A stretch of 64,000 nt of DNA from an uncultured Bifidobacterium sp. (GTDB lineage Bacteria; Bacteroidota; Bacteroidia; AKYH767-A; OLB10). Each line of letters starts with the position of its first letter. Position 1 is the first letter of the stretch. The notes under the pieces were generated by a model. It did no database searches. It had not been told where the DNA came from and saw nothing but the letters and a program-made list of their open reading frames with translations. The stretch covers positions 63,855-127,854 of the forward strand of contig CAZHSC010000001.1 in assembly GCA_964534995.1 (NCBI GenBank), read 5' to 3'. The position numbers and the translations under genes are program-made. Positions 27,334 through 36,335 of the stretch are shown piece after piece.

Positions 27334-29526
27334 GTGAAGAAAAACCTTTACCGCCAAAGAGTAGTTCAGAAGCAAAGTGCTAAATTAAGAAGGGTCACTG
27401 TCGCTTTTAGTATCGCTGCCGTCATGGGCGTTGCCGTATTTATGATGAATAACCTGGGTACACCGGAAGATGCCAGCGCGAACCCCGGTAAAAACGGCGC
27501 CCGCACCATCACTGCGGCCAATACTATCGTTAACGAATATACGCGTTTAACATCCAATGCCTCTGCAGGAGCTACCAGCCTCACCGTTGCTTCCAGCTCT
27601 CTCAATGCCAACAGCCGTTTCTCTTCCAACCTGAGTGCCGGCGACCTCGTGCTGATCATTCAGATGCAGGGAGCCAGCATCAGTACATCCGATGCAAGTT
27701 CATATGGAAGCATCAGCAATTATAACAATTGCGGTAAATATGAATTCGCAAAGGTGTCATCGGTGCCCAACAGCACCACCATATCACTCTCCAACGGTTT
27801 AAAAAACAGTTATACGAGTTCAGGTAAAGTTCAGGTAATCCGGGTGCCGCGTTATACAACTTTGACTGTAAATACAGGTGCCGGCATCACTACTCCCGAC
27901 TGGGATGGTACCACCGGTGGCATTGTTGCGGTGGAGGCCAGTGAGAGTGTTGTATTGAATGGAACTATCAATGTTTCCGGTAAAGGTTTCCGTGGCGGCG
28001 CCGTGGAACAGAACTCCAACCTGCCGGGGAATGCTTCTAAACGCCGTTCATCCGACTCGAATGAAGGGGCCGAAAAAGGAGAAAGCATCGCAGGACCTGC
28101 ATCTTCACTCAGCAATGGTGCGTACTGCCGGAATGCCCCTGCTAACGGCGGTGGAGGTGGGAATGCGCACAACTGCGCCGGCGGCGGTGGTGCCAATGCG
28201 GGAAATACCGCAGCCTGGACCGGTAACGGTAACCCTGATAATTCCTATTCCAACTGGACAACCGCCTGGAACCTGGAGTCAGCAGGATTCGCTACTACCA
28301 CCTCTTCGGGCGGCGGAAGAGGCGGATATTCTTATAGCGCCAATGACGCCAACGAACTTACGCGCGGCCCCGGCCATAGTGACTGGGGCGGAGATAACCG
28401 TACCAATGGTGGTGGCTATGGTGGCCGTCCCTTGAGTTACAGTACCGGCCGCGTATTTATGGGCGGTGGCGGCGGTGCCGGCGATTCTAATAATGATACA
28501 GGAATGCCCGGCGGTGACGGTGGTGGTATTGTCTTTATTCTGGTGAAGAATAACCTGAGCGGTACCGGTTCTATCATCGCTAACGGAAATACACCCCCTA
28601 CAACCACCGGTCCGACCGGACGTGATGGCTCGGGCGGTGGCGGCGGCGGCGGAGCCGTAGTCATTTATCACCACACGGGCGCTACCAGCGGCATTAGCAT
28701 AGAAGCGAAAGGTGGAAATGGAGGCAACCAGGATCTGACCACTTCCCCGGAAGCGGAAGGAGCCGGCGGCGGCGGCGGCGGCGGTTATGTGGCTATTACC
28801 AATCTTCCTGCTATCAGCATCAGCGTAGCGGGAGGTCTTTATGGAACATCCAACTCGTATTCGGTTTCGAATTTTACTCCGAATGGAGCCACCAGCGGCG
28901 GACCCGGAGAAACTGCCAGCCTGACCTCTACATTTAACCCGTACAGCGCCGGCAGCAGTCCCTTACCTGTCGTGCTTACTTCCTTTACAGTGACGCCACG
29001 GGGAACCGGTGCGTTTGCCGAATGGGAAACATCTTCCGAAATTAATAATGATTATTTTATACTGGAACGCAGCTGGGATGGATTGACATTTGAAGAAATG
29101 GGACGCATCCATGGTTCAGGAACTACCTCTGTCCCTCACCGTTATAACTTCAGCGATGATGCGCCATTTCCCGGAACAAGCTATTACCGCCTCACCCAGG
29201 TAGATTATGACGGCAAAAGTGAAACCTTTGCCACCAGATCCTTTAACTATACCAACGCGCCGGACGAAATGACACTGCTGCAGGTGGGCCCTAACCCATT
29301 TAAAGAGGAAATCAGCCTCCTGATGCAGTTCCCGGAGAATTCCATGCTGAAGGCGGAACTCTATACCAATGATGGAAAGAAGATGTGGGAAACCCTGCAA
29401 TCTGTTTCGCAGGGAAGACAGTCCTTTACTTTGAATCCCGATGTTCAGTTCAGCGGTGTATACCTGTTGCGGCTTACCGACAGCAAGGAAAAAACACTCG
29501 TGGTAAGACTGGTTAAAAAGAACTGA
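27334..29526 (+). CDS. glycine-rich secreted protein with poly-Gly runs and T9SS type A sorting domain
   Basis: It uses a GTG start and has an N-terminal signal anchor. The Gly runs are NGGGGGNAHNCAGGGGANAG, MGGGGGAGDS, GSGGGGGGGAVVIY and GAGGGGGGGYVAI. The C-terminus reads VGPNPFKEEISLL...GVYLLRL. Confidence 0.8.
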   Translation: MKKNLYRQRVVQKQSAKLRRVTVAFSIAAVMGVAVFMMNNLGTPEDASANPGKNGARTITAANTIVNEYTRLTSNASAGATSLTVASSSLNANSRFSSNLSAGDLVLIIQMQGASISTSDASSYGSISNYNNCGKYEFAKVSSVPNSTTISLSNGLKNSYTSSGKVQVIRVPRYTTLTVNTGAGITTPDWDGTTGGIVAVEASESVVLNGTINVSGKGFRGGAVEQNSNLPGNASKRRSSDSNEGAEKGESIAGPASSLSNGAYCRNAPANGGGGGNAHNCAGGGGANAGNTAAWTGNGNPDNSYSNWTTAWNLESAGFATTTSSGGGRGGYSYSANDANELTRGPGHSDWGGDNRTNGGGYGGRPLSYSTGRVFMGGGGGAGDSNNDTGMPGGDGGGIVFILVKNNLSGTGSIIANGNTPPTTTGPTGRDGSGGGGGGGAVVIYHHTGATSGISIEAKGGNGGNQDLTTSPEAEGAGGGGGGGYVAITNLPAISISVAGGLYGTSNSYSVSNFTPNGATSGGPGETASLTSTFNPYSAGSSPLPVVLTSFTVTPRGTGAFAEWETSSEINNDYFILERSWDGLTFEEMGRIHGSGTTSVPHRYNFSDDAPFPGTSYYRLTQVDYDGKSETFATRSFNYTNAPDEMTLLQVGPNPFKEEISLLMQFPENSMLKAELYTNDGKKMWETLQSVSQGRQSFTLNPDVQFSGVYLLRLTDSKEKTLVVRLVKKN

Positions 29527-29823
29527 CCCCTCCTTTTTGCCTTGCGGGAAGTATATCCTGTACCTGTCTTCAATTCCTTTTGGTGTACATAGAACATGCG
29601 TGTATGCATGTGATGCGTGTGTATTTACTCCTGCGATTAAGGTGACAGGTTCTGCCGTTGCATTAAATGCTATCATCCCTTGTAACCCGGGGTTAAACCG
29701 GCATGGTGAAATTGCAACCGTGGAACGTGAAACGCCCTTGACATGAATCTTGCGGCAATATTCATTATAGTAATAAACATGTGTAAAATCAGCCCGAATC
29801 CCTTTTCTTGTCCCTGCCCATTT

Positions 29824-29863
29824 ATAAAACAGGAATCCCGCCCCTGGGAAATCGGGACGGGAT
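29824..29863 (-). terminator. intrinsic terminator after the 733-aa T9SS cargo gene
   Basis: On the minus strand, ATCCCGTCCC-GATTTCCCA-GGGGCGGGAT (one mismatch) is followed by TCCTGTTTTAT, about 30 nt after the stop. Confidence 0.5.
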
Positions 29864-29894
29864 GAACCTGTAATCTAACCAAATGAAAAGCGCA

Positions 29895-32096
29895 TTAATG
29901 AAGCAGGCGTCCGCTCCAGCTATTTTTTTCCTGCGTTACAAGTAGGGTATAAACTCCGGGGGCAAGACCGCTTACATCTGTAATCAGCGTTCCCTGTCCG
30001 TTTACCTTCGCCGTTTCTTTCATTACCATTTGGCCTTGCAACGTATAGAGAGAAACTTCACAGGTACCGGAAATTTTACCGGGTAAACTGATCTCAACCC
30101 TGTCTTTTGCGGGATTCGGACGGATAGTAAGCATGGGCGTTGCTGCTCCCGGAATATCAGCAATGCCGGTAACGGAGTTGCCGATTATCACTTCCGCGGG
30201 CGGAGTCAGCACCGGAAGATTATTGTCGAAATAAATCCTCGCTTCATTGGTGATAACCGTTCCTACAGGCAGTGCCGGATCCGGTGTGGCACGCAGAATA
30301 ATGTAACCCTTGCTGTTTACGGGGTCAACGCCGGAAGGGGTAAGGTTGATATTGTTGAAGGAAAATTCCAGTTCGCGGGGGTAGAATATCCTGGTGGTAT
30401 AGCTATGGCTGGCTGCCAATACTTCCACACTGCTGAGCATCAGTTCAGCCGGTAAAACATCGGTAATGCGTACCGTTAAGGCGTTGGCGCTGCCGGTGTT
30501 TTCAAAATCTATACGGTAGGTGATGGGCTCCCCCGCAATCACAGATGTCTGAGGAATGGTTCCGGAAGGAAATGCGGACTTGATGTTCGGATCAAAGGAA
30601 TTGATGACACGTGACCAGCCGGCCGCGCTGTTATTCGAAAGGTTAATATCGGTACCCGGTGTTACACTGAGGCTTGTCTGGAAATATACGGAATCACCGA
30701 TGACGAGACCGCTGTCGGCCTTTACATAAACAATGATGTCGTACGATTGCAGTGGCGATAAAAGCGGAAGTGTCCATGTCAGGGTGTTGCCGCTGATGCC
30801 GGCAGGCGCAATGGAGGTACTATCAACGGCTACACTGTCGGGCATGATGAAAGTGACTGTACCGGAGGCCGCGTCACTACCATTGTTTTTTACATGTAGG
30901 TTTACCAGGGTCCGCAGGGTAGGGCGCACCGGCGCGGCATTCATGGTAATTTCCATTTCCGTGGTACCCGGCACCGGAACCAGTGCGAAGTCATTGGCAT
31001 TGGAAATATTTCCGGCTGAACTGAAGTTAAAGGTATAATTAGACGGATTTACCGTGAACCATGGAGGAATATTGGCTAAGTCCACCGTATGGGGGCCTGT
31101 ACCGATATACATGGAGTATAAACCAGTGGGGTCTGTAATATTGTAAGCATAAAAGGGGTTGGATTGTACAAATTCATTTGCCACACCATATTCATTCACA
31201 TCTTTACTGCCATTATTATTGGCATCTACGTACACGGTACCGGTTACAATGCTCGGGTTGTTGATGCCATCCACAATCATCACATTGATATCACGCATGG
31301 TGGTGCCTGTTAATACCCCATTCCGGTATTCGGAGGCCTGCACTACCAGCACGCCTTGCTGTAACAAAACAGGAGTAAAGGAGGCTACCCCGGTTGTTGC
31401 ATCAAAGAAAATCGGGGCGCTTGAAGCGATGAATTGCGTAGGGGAATAGGGAGGCAGATAACTTATATTAATAGGGCTGTATAATCCAGTCTGTAAATTA
31501 TCACGGGCCGGGATCAGGGTATATACAATGCTGTCGCCGTCGGGCTCCACCGCCGTATTCGGATATACCGCGGGTTGGTTCAGGCAGAAGATGGGCACGT
31601 TCAGTGTGTTGAAATCGGGTAAGCTGTTGGTAGGATAGTTCAGGTTGTCCAGCGTGGCTTCGCAAAATGCCCCTGAACTGTTGTTGATAGTGGTAATCGC
31701 CGCGCTTCGGCAGCATTCGGAGGTCCAGAATTTCCAGGTGGCGCTGGCATATGGCAAAACAAGGGTGTCGGCATATTCAGTGATTTCAATGCCAAAACCA
31801 TTGGTGCAAAGAAAGGGCACTAGCGGAGCACAGGTAAATACCGGCATGATCTGCTGGTTGACAATTGGGAGGCTATGCCAGAGCAGCGTACTTCCCGTAC
31901 CCGCCGAGTCGGAGTAATAAATCTGTAAACTGGTTGGGGAGGGGATGCCGGCACAATCGCGGTACATGTATCCTTTAAGGATATAGGTGTTTGGACTGCC
32001 TGCATACTGTAATGTGATGGATTGACATAAGATATGCGAAGCTGTTGCCTGCAGGCTCAGGATAAGCCCGAGAAATAGAAATAATGGTTTTTTCAT
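29895..32096 (-). CDS. cell-surface adhesin-like protein (SdrD-B-like + DUF11/CARDB-like repeats) with T9SS type A sorting domain
   Basis: The signal peptide is MKKPLFLFLGLILSLQATA. Domain-like segments include TGTVYVDANNNGSKDVNEYG and ITYRIDFENTGSANALTVRITDVLP. The C-terminus reads IRPNPAKDRVEISL...GVYTLLV. Confidence 0.8.
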   Translation of the reverse strand: MKKPLFLFLGLILSLQATASHILCQSITLQYAGSPNTYILKGYMYRDCAGIPSPTSLQIYYSDSAGTGSTLLWHSLPIVNQQIMPVFTCAPLVPFLCTNGFGIEITEYADTLVLPYASATWKFWTSECCRSAAITTINNSSGAFCEATLDNLNYPTNSLPDFNTLNVPIFCLNQPAVYPNTAVEPDGDSIVYTLIPARDNLQTGLYSPINISYLPPYSPTQFIASSAPIFFDATTGVASFTPVLLQQGVLVVQASEYRNGVLTGTTMRDINVMIVDGINNPSIVTGTVYVDANNNGSKDVNEYGVANEFVQSNPFYAYNITDPTGLYSMYIGTGPHTVDLANIPPWFTVNPSNYTFNFSSAGNISNANDFALVPVPGTTEMEITMNAAPVRPTLRTLVNLHVKNNGSDAASGTVTFIMPDSVAVDSTSIAPAGISGNTLTWTLPLLSPLQSYDIIVYVKADSGLVIGDSVYFQTSLSVTPGTDINLSNNSAAGWSRVINSFDPNIKSAFPSGTIPQTSVIAGEPITYRIDFENTGSANALTVRITDVLPAELMLSSVEVLAASHSYTTRIFYPRELEFSFNNINLTPSGVDPVNSKGYIILRATPDPALPVGTVITNEARIYFDNNLPVLTPPAEVIIGNSVTGIADIPGAATPMLTIRPNPAKDRVEISLPGKISGTCEVSLYTLQGQMVMKETAKVNGQGTLITDVSGLAPGVYTLLVTQEKNSWSGRLLH

Positions 32097-32332
32097 AGGA
32101 TTTGGATTTGGTCAACGTGTATCCGATAGATGAAAAATTCCGGTAAAGGGTTGCATGGAGTCAATAAAAATTTAATAAATGTTAAAAATTAAATGTATTT
32201 CGTTGAATAATCCAGCTTGCAGGGACCGCCTTTCAGTAGTACTTCCCGTCTGTTAATGGTTTCTTTAATATCAAAAGGAGCTTTGGCCATTGTTTATACC
32301 GGTTTGCAAATGTGCTGTTACTAGCTGGCCTT

Positions 32333-33178
32333 CTAGTTAAATCCTTTGAAAAAGTCTTGGTCAATTTCATACACAGTCACAGGTTTAAGTCCTAGTCTAT
32401 ATTTTTCAAAGAGTTCAATTAGTCTGTCTCCGTCTATTAATTCAATTGGGGTTACACCATCTCGATTAGCCTCGCCTTTTGCTTCTTTAGTAAATCGTCC
32501 TGTAGTGATTATTAAACCTTTTTCACCTCGACCCTGCATAGCACCGCGGAAGTCACGCACGTGATGAGGAGAAACGGTTTCCTTGTATCGCTTGCATTGA
32601 AAAACGATGTTCAAACTTACCACGTCATTAAGCTTTACTATTCCTTTACCATCTATTCCTTGGTCGCCTGAACCACCTGTAATAACTATTTCATTGATAC
32701 CAATCTCTGTCAATAGGCGTTTACAAAGTTTTTCAAAACCGGCTGGAGTAAGGTTCTGAATGATGTTGATTAAACCAATGGAATGCACTTGGTCCTCAGT
32801 TGGGATATTCTCAAAGACAGGCTCAGTTTTTTTCGGCTTTGATTTAGGAGTTTTCTTTACGCTGTCTTGTACACACTTAAAAAGATTATAAACACCTTCA
32901 TCATCAAGTTTTCTATCAAGGCCTTCATTTGTTAGTCGCCAAATGCCACGTTGAGCATTATCAATTAATCCGGCTTTGAATAAATAAAACCTTGCCCATT
33001 GAATTTGGTTTCGTATTCGAGATTGTCCATTGGAAGTAGTTTCTTCTAAATCATTTTCAGTAATTTCTAATTTGTCTATAACCTGTTCTATGATGTCAGA
33101 AGAGTCGCCGGCACCGCCATTCAATTGGAGCGCTGTCAAAACGGGGTTAACGTATTTTAAAAATTCTGGTCCTTTCAT
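32333..33178 (-). CDS. mrr: Mrr-family (type IV) restriction endonuclease
   Basis: The N-terminal Mrr_N-like winged helix is FLKYVNPVLTALQLNGGAGDSSDIIEQVIDKL...IRNQIQWARFYLFKAGLI. The C-terminal PD-(D/E)xK core is GGSGDQGIDGKG...IVFQCKRY...VRDFRGAM...GLIITTGRFT. Confidence 0.87.
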   Translation of the reverse strand: MKGPEFLKYVNPVLTALQLNGGAGDSSDIIEQVIDKLEITENDLEETTSNGQSRIRNQIQWARFYLFKAGLIDNAQRGIWRLTNEGLDRKLDDEGVYNLFKCVQDSVKKTPKSKPKKTEPVFENIPTEDQVHSIGLINIIQNLTPAGFEKLCKRLLTEIGINEIVITGGSGDQGIDGKGIVKLNDVVSLNIVFQCKRYKETVSPHHVRDFRGAMQGRGEKGLIITTGRFTKEAKGEANRDGVTPIELIDGDRLIELFEKYRLGLKPVTVYEIDQDFFKGFN

Positions 33179-33415
33179 ATTTTCTCTTCTGTTTGTTTGT
33201 TGTTGTGTTGACTTTTACGCTTGCACCTACCATTCCCAGACCATACTCCGGCGTGGCTTTCGAAGCACCACCTGTGTCTATACCCACAAAAGGTTATTTA
33301 AAGATAAATTTTTATTCGCGAAGCGACCGCTATTCCGCACCGATCGATGACCGATTCGGCCCGCTTACGTTTATTTGTTGTTATGCGATCGTGCTTTTAT
33401 CTCACTTGTCACGGT

Positions 33416-33877
33416 TTATTTTAGAAGGTCCCAACGTTCTAAATATTTACCTTCTTTGTCAATGAAATGTCGCATTGGTGTGTCTTTATGTGCTTGTCCT
33501 TTTTTGCCTGGTGTTTCAAGCCATTTTTTATGTCCGTCTTTAACTTGTTTAGCAACGGCTTTACTTGGTACTATAAAATATTCTGGTCGCTCATTTATTT
33601 TTTTTAACGCAACAAAAACGTAAAACATATTGTCAAAATATAAGTTTTCAGCATTTTGTCCGACTGGCCATTTGCGTCTCGAATATTGACTTGTTTTAAC
33701 TTGTATTGCAAATATTTTATTGTCTGTTAAATTGGAAGCGTGAATGTCAATGCTGTCGTTATTCCGTAAAGTAATAGATGCCATATAACCACGTCTTGAC
33801 AACTCGCCTGCGACAAAATATTCGCCAGCTATTCCAGTAATTTCTTTTGATAATTTGTCTGTTGTATTTTTTTTCAT
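33416..33877 (-). CDS. small PD-(D/E)xK-like (DUF4365-like?) putative nuclease
   Basis: The 153-aa protein has GIAGEYFVAGELSRRGY (E19), NNDSIDIHA (D41/D44) and AIQVKT (Q59-x-K61), in the order expected for a restriction-endonuclease-like fold. The family assignment is from memory only. Confidence 0.55.
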   Translation of the reverse strand: MKKNTTDKLSKEITGIAGEYFVAGELSRRGYMASITLRNNDSIDIHASNLTDNKIFAIQVKTSQYSRRKWPVGQNAENLYFDNMFYVFVALKKINERPEYFIVPSKAVAKQVKDGHKKWLETPGKKGQAHKDTPMRHFIDKEGKYLERWDLLK

Positions 33878-33998
33878 TCTTACTGTCTTGTCAGCATTCC
33901 CGCTACCTGCCTGATATCCGCAACCGTTCAGTTTACTTTATCCGGATGCGCTGCTTCAATGGATGGTTTGGTAAATACCAATATTAAATAATCAAAGG

Positions 33999-36275
33999 TT
34001 AATAGATAAATATCTCCGATACAAACATCCACCCGTCTTCCCCTGCGCCGGCATTGCCTTCCGGGTTTTTACCGATGCTGCGTAACTGCAAGGTCACTTT
34101 TTGCATTTCCCGGTTGATGTACCCGGTCACCCTGCTGATGGGCTGCTCCCTGCTTACCGTTTCAAAGAGGACCGATCCATCCTTTGTTTCCAGTTCTATC
34201 TGTCGCGGAGCATGGATCCAACTCACCGGGTCGTGCAGGCATATCACAACTATGCTGTCTATTTTTTGAATTTTTCTCAGGTCAATTTCAACAGTGGCGT
34301 CCTTGCCTATCCATCCTACCCATTGGCTGCCTGTCCAGGGATAAGTACCGGCGATACCATCGCACAAGGTAATAGCTGGATTGGTATAATTTCGATCGCC
34401 GGGAACTTTCAAAGAGACGCCGGCGCCGGTGGATTTGGAAAAGGAAAATCTAAAGGACTGGTCATGTATTTTTGCTTTGCTGTTGCTCCTGACCAGGAGT
34501 TCTCCGCTTTCCTTTATTTTAATGGGGCTTTTATAGTTTTTAAATTCCGGTGCTTCATCCCTGTAACGCCAGGCGGTTTTTATTTCCTGTGGAATCTTTG
34601 AAACAAGATGCGCTTCAAGTGATGGCACAGATTCACCTCCCTTCAGGATCAGGGAAGGTCGCATCCATGATGTGGAATAATTCACTGAAAATTTGTCCAG
34701 AAACGCCTGATGACCCAGCAGCCGCTGGTAAAAAGATGTTTTATCGTGCAGCAGAGTGTCCGTCCAGAGCACTTCTGATAAAGCGCAGAGCCTTGGCAGC
34801 AGCATATATTCAACCTGTCCGGTAGTGTACATGTATTCTGTCCACAGGTTCGCCTGCGCCCCTGTAATAAACGCGGCTTCTTCACGGTTCAGGGAATCGG
34901 GTACCGGCCGGTAAGCGTATACTTTTTCAAGGGGAGAATAGCCGCCAAAAGCAAGGGGTTCGCTCGTTTTTTCTCCCTGGTAATGGTCAAAGTAACAGTG
35001 TGAAACCGGTGTCATGATGGCCTTATGCCCCGACCGGGCTGCGAGGATCCCCCCTTCAATGCCCCTCCAACTCATCACGGTGGCGTTGGGTGCGAGGCCC
35101 CCTTCAATAATTTCATCCCAGCCAATGATATTCCTTCCTTTTCCGTTCAGAAATTTTTCATTCCTGCGGATGAAATAACTCTGCAACTCATGTTCATCAC
35201 GCAGGTTATTGGCATAGCGTGTTTCGATACAGGAAGGACAAACTTTCCATCGCGTTTTAGGGCATTCATCGCCGCCGATATGAATATATTTCGAAGGAAA
35301 CAAGGCGATTACTTCTGTTAATATATCCTCCAGAAAAGCGAAAGTGGAATCTTTCACGCAAAACACATCTTCAAATACACCCCATCCCCTGGCTACTTCT
35401 CTCACCTGACCCGTACAGGAATATTCAGGATAGGAGGCCAGTGCCGCTACCGCGTGCCCCGGCATTTCGATTTCGGGGATCACGGTAATCTTTCTTTGTT
35501 CTGCATAGGCTACTATTTCACGAATATCATCCTGCGTATAAAATCCGCCATGACGCAGCGTGTCATACTCCTGATTTCTGTAAGGTCCGGTCATGCTGCC
35601 CTTACGCCAGGCGCCGGTTTCGGTGAGCCTGGGATATTTTTTAATTTCAATACGCCATCCCTGATCATCGGTGAGGTGCCAGTGAAAGGTGTTCATTTTG
35701 TGCAGGGCGATTAAATCAATGTACCTTTTAACAAACTCCTTTGGCATAAAATGCCTGCATACATCCAGGTGCACTCCTCTGTATGCGAACTCCGGTTGAT
35801 CGGAGATAATCAGGCATGGTATTTTATTTTTAGAGGCACCGGCATGATAAAGTAGCTGCAACAGCGTAGAACTGCCCCGTATCAGCCCGGCCACTCCTCC
35901 TTCCAGCATTATGTTGTTTTTATTTACTGAGATCCGGTACTTTTCGGTGGTATCTTCCTTCAACAGCGAAATAGCGATAACGGAGGCTGTTCTTCCGGCG
36001 GTTTCAGTAAGTGGTAAGGCATATCCGGTACTTGTTTTCAGCCATTCATTTAGTACTTGCGCTATTTCTTTCGTTTCGGAACTGCCGGCTACCAGTTTCG
36101 TTTCCGGTGAAATCCTGAAATGACCTTTCTTATATACGATACTGTTGGGTAATGGGACTAGCTTTACCACATCCCTGGCATCACCTGAAAGCACTTCCGC
36201 AGGGGAAAAGAGGAAGAGAAGTAAGAACAGCGCGGGCAGAACGGATATACCGCTAATTACTTTATGAGTATTCAT
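33999..36275 (-). CDS. beta-N-acetylhexosaminidase (GH20) with C-terminal discoidin/F5-8-type-C-like domain
   Basis: It has a signal peptide. The GH20 catalytic region is YRGVHLDVCRHF...FHWHLTDDQGWRIE...HIGGDE...W. An extra ~150-aa beta-sandwich-like tail follows. Confidence 0.9.
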   Translation of the reverse strand: MNTHKVISGISVLPALFLLLFLFSPAEVLSGDARDVVKLVPLPNSIVYKKGHFRISPETKLVAGSSETKEIAQVLNEWLKTSTGYALPLTETAGRTASVIAISLLKEDTTEKYRISVNKNNIMLEGGVAGLIRGSSTLLQLLYHAGASKNKIPCLIISDQPEFAYRGVHLDVCRHFMPKEFVKRYIDLIALHKMNTFHWHLTDDQGWRIEIKKYPRLTETGAWRKGSMTGPYRNQEYDTLRHGGFYTQDDIREIVAYAEQRKITVIPEIEMPGHAVAALASYPEYSCTGQVREVARGWGVFEDVFCVKDSTFAFLEDILTEVIALFPSKYIHIGGDECPKTRWKVCPSCIETRYANNLRDEHELQSYFIRRNEKFLNGKGRNIIGWDEIIEGGLAPNATVMSWRGIEGGILAARSGHKAIMTPVSHCYFDHYQGEKTSEPLAFGGYSPLEKVYAYRPVPDSLNREEAAFITGAQANLWTEYMYTTGQVEYMLLPRLCALSEVLWTDTLLHDKTSFYQRLLGHQAFLDKFSVNYSTSWMRPSLILKGGESVPSLEAHLVSKIPQEIKTAWRYRDEAPEFKNYKSPIKIKESGELLVRSNSKAKIHDQSFRFSFSKSTGAGVSLKVPGDRNYTNPAITLCDGIAGTYPWTGSQWVGWIGKDATVEIDLRKIQKIDSIVVICLHDPVSWIHAPRQIELETKDGSVLFETVSREQPISRVTGYINREMQKVTLQLRSIGKNPEGNAGAGEDGWMFVSEIFIY

Positions 36276-36335
36276 TGCGATTTATTTATTCCTGGCGTGA
36301 CAGCTATAACTTAACCAATAGTCCAATCAAATACT

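Noticed and set aside
29116-29676. 186-aa minus-strand ORF overlapping the 3' end of the Gly-rich T9SS gene
   Set aside because: It is antisense to the clearly conserved T9SS C-terminal domain coding region and has no motifs, so it is a shadow ORF.
32189-32290. 33-aa minus-strand ORF (MAKAPFDIKETINRREVLLKGGPCKLDYSTKYI) 42 nt downstream of mrr
   Set aside because: It is too short to support without homology or expression data. It may be a gene fragment. It is noted as part of the islet but not called as a feature.
33179-33415. tRNA-like string (GGTGCTTCGAAAGCCAC on the minus strand) in the spacer between the two nuclease genes, considered as a tRNA remnant or att site
   Set aside because: The flanking bases do not form a T-arm stem or any cloverleaf. 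I also found no convincing direct repeats between 32097-32332 and 33878-33998.
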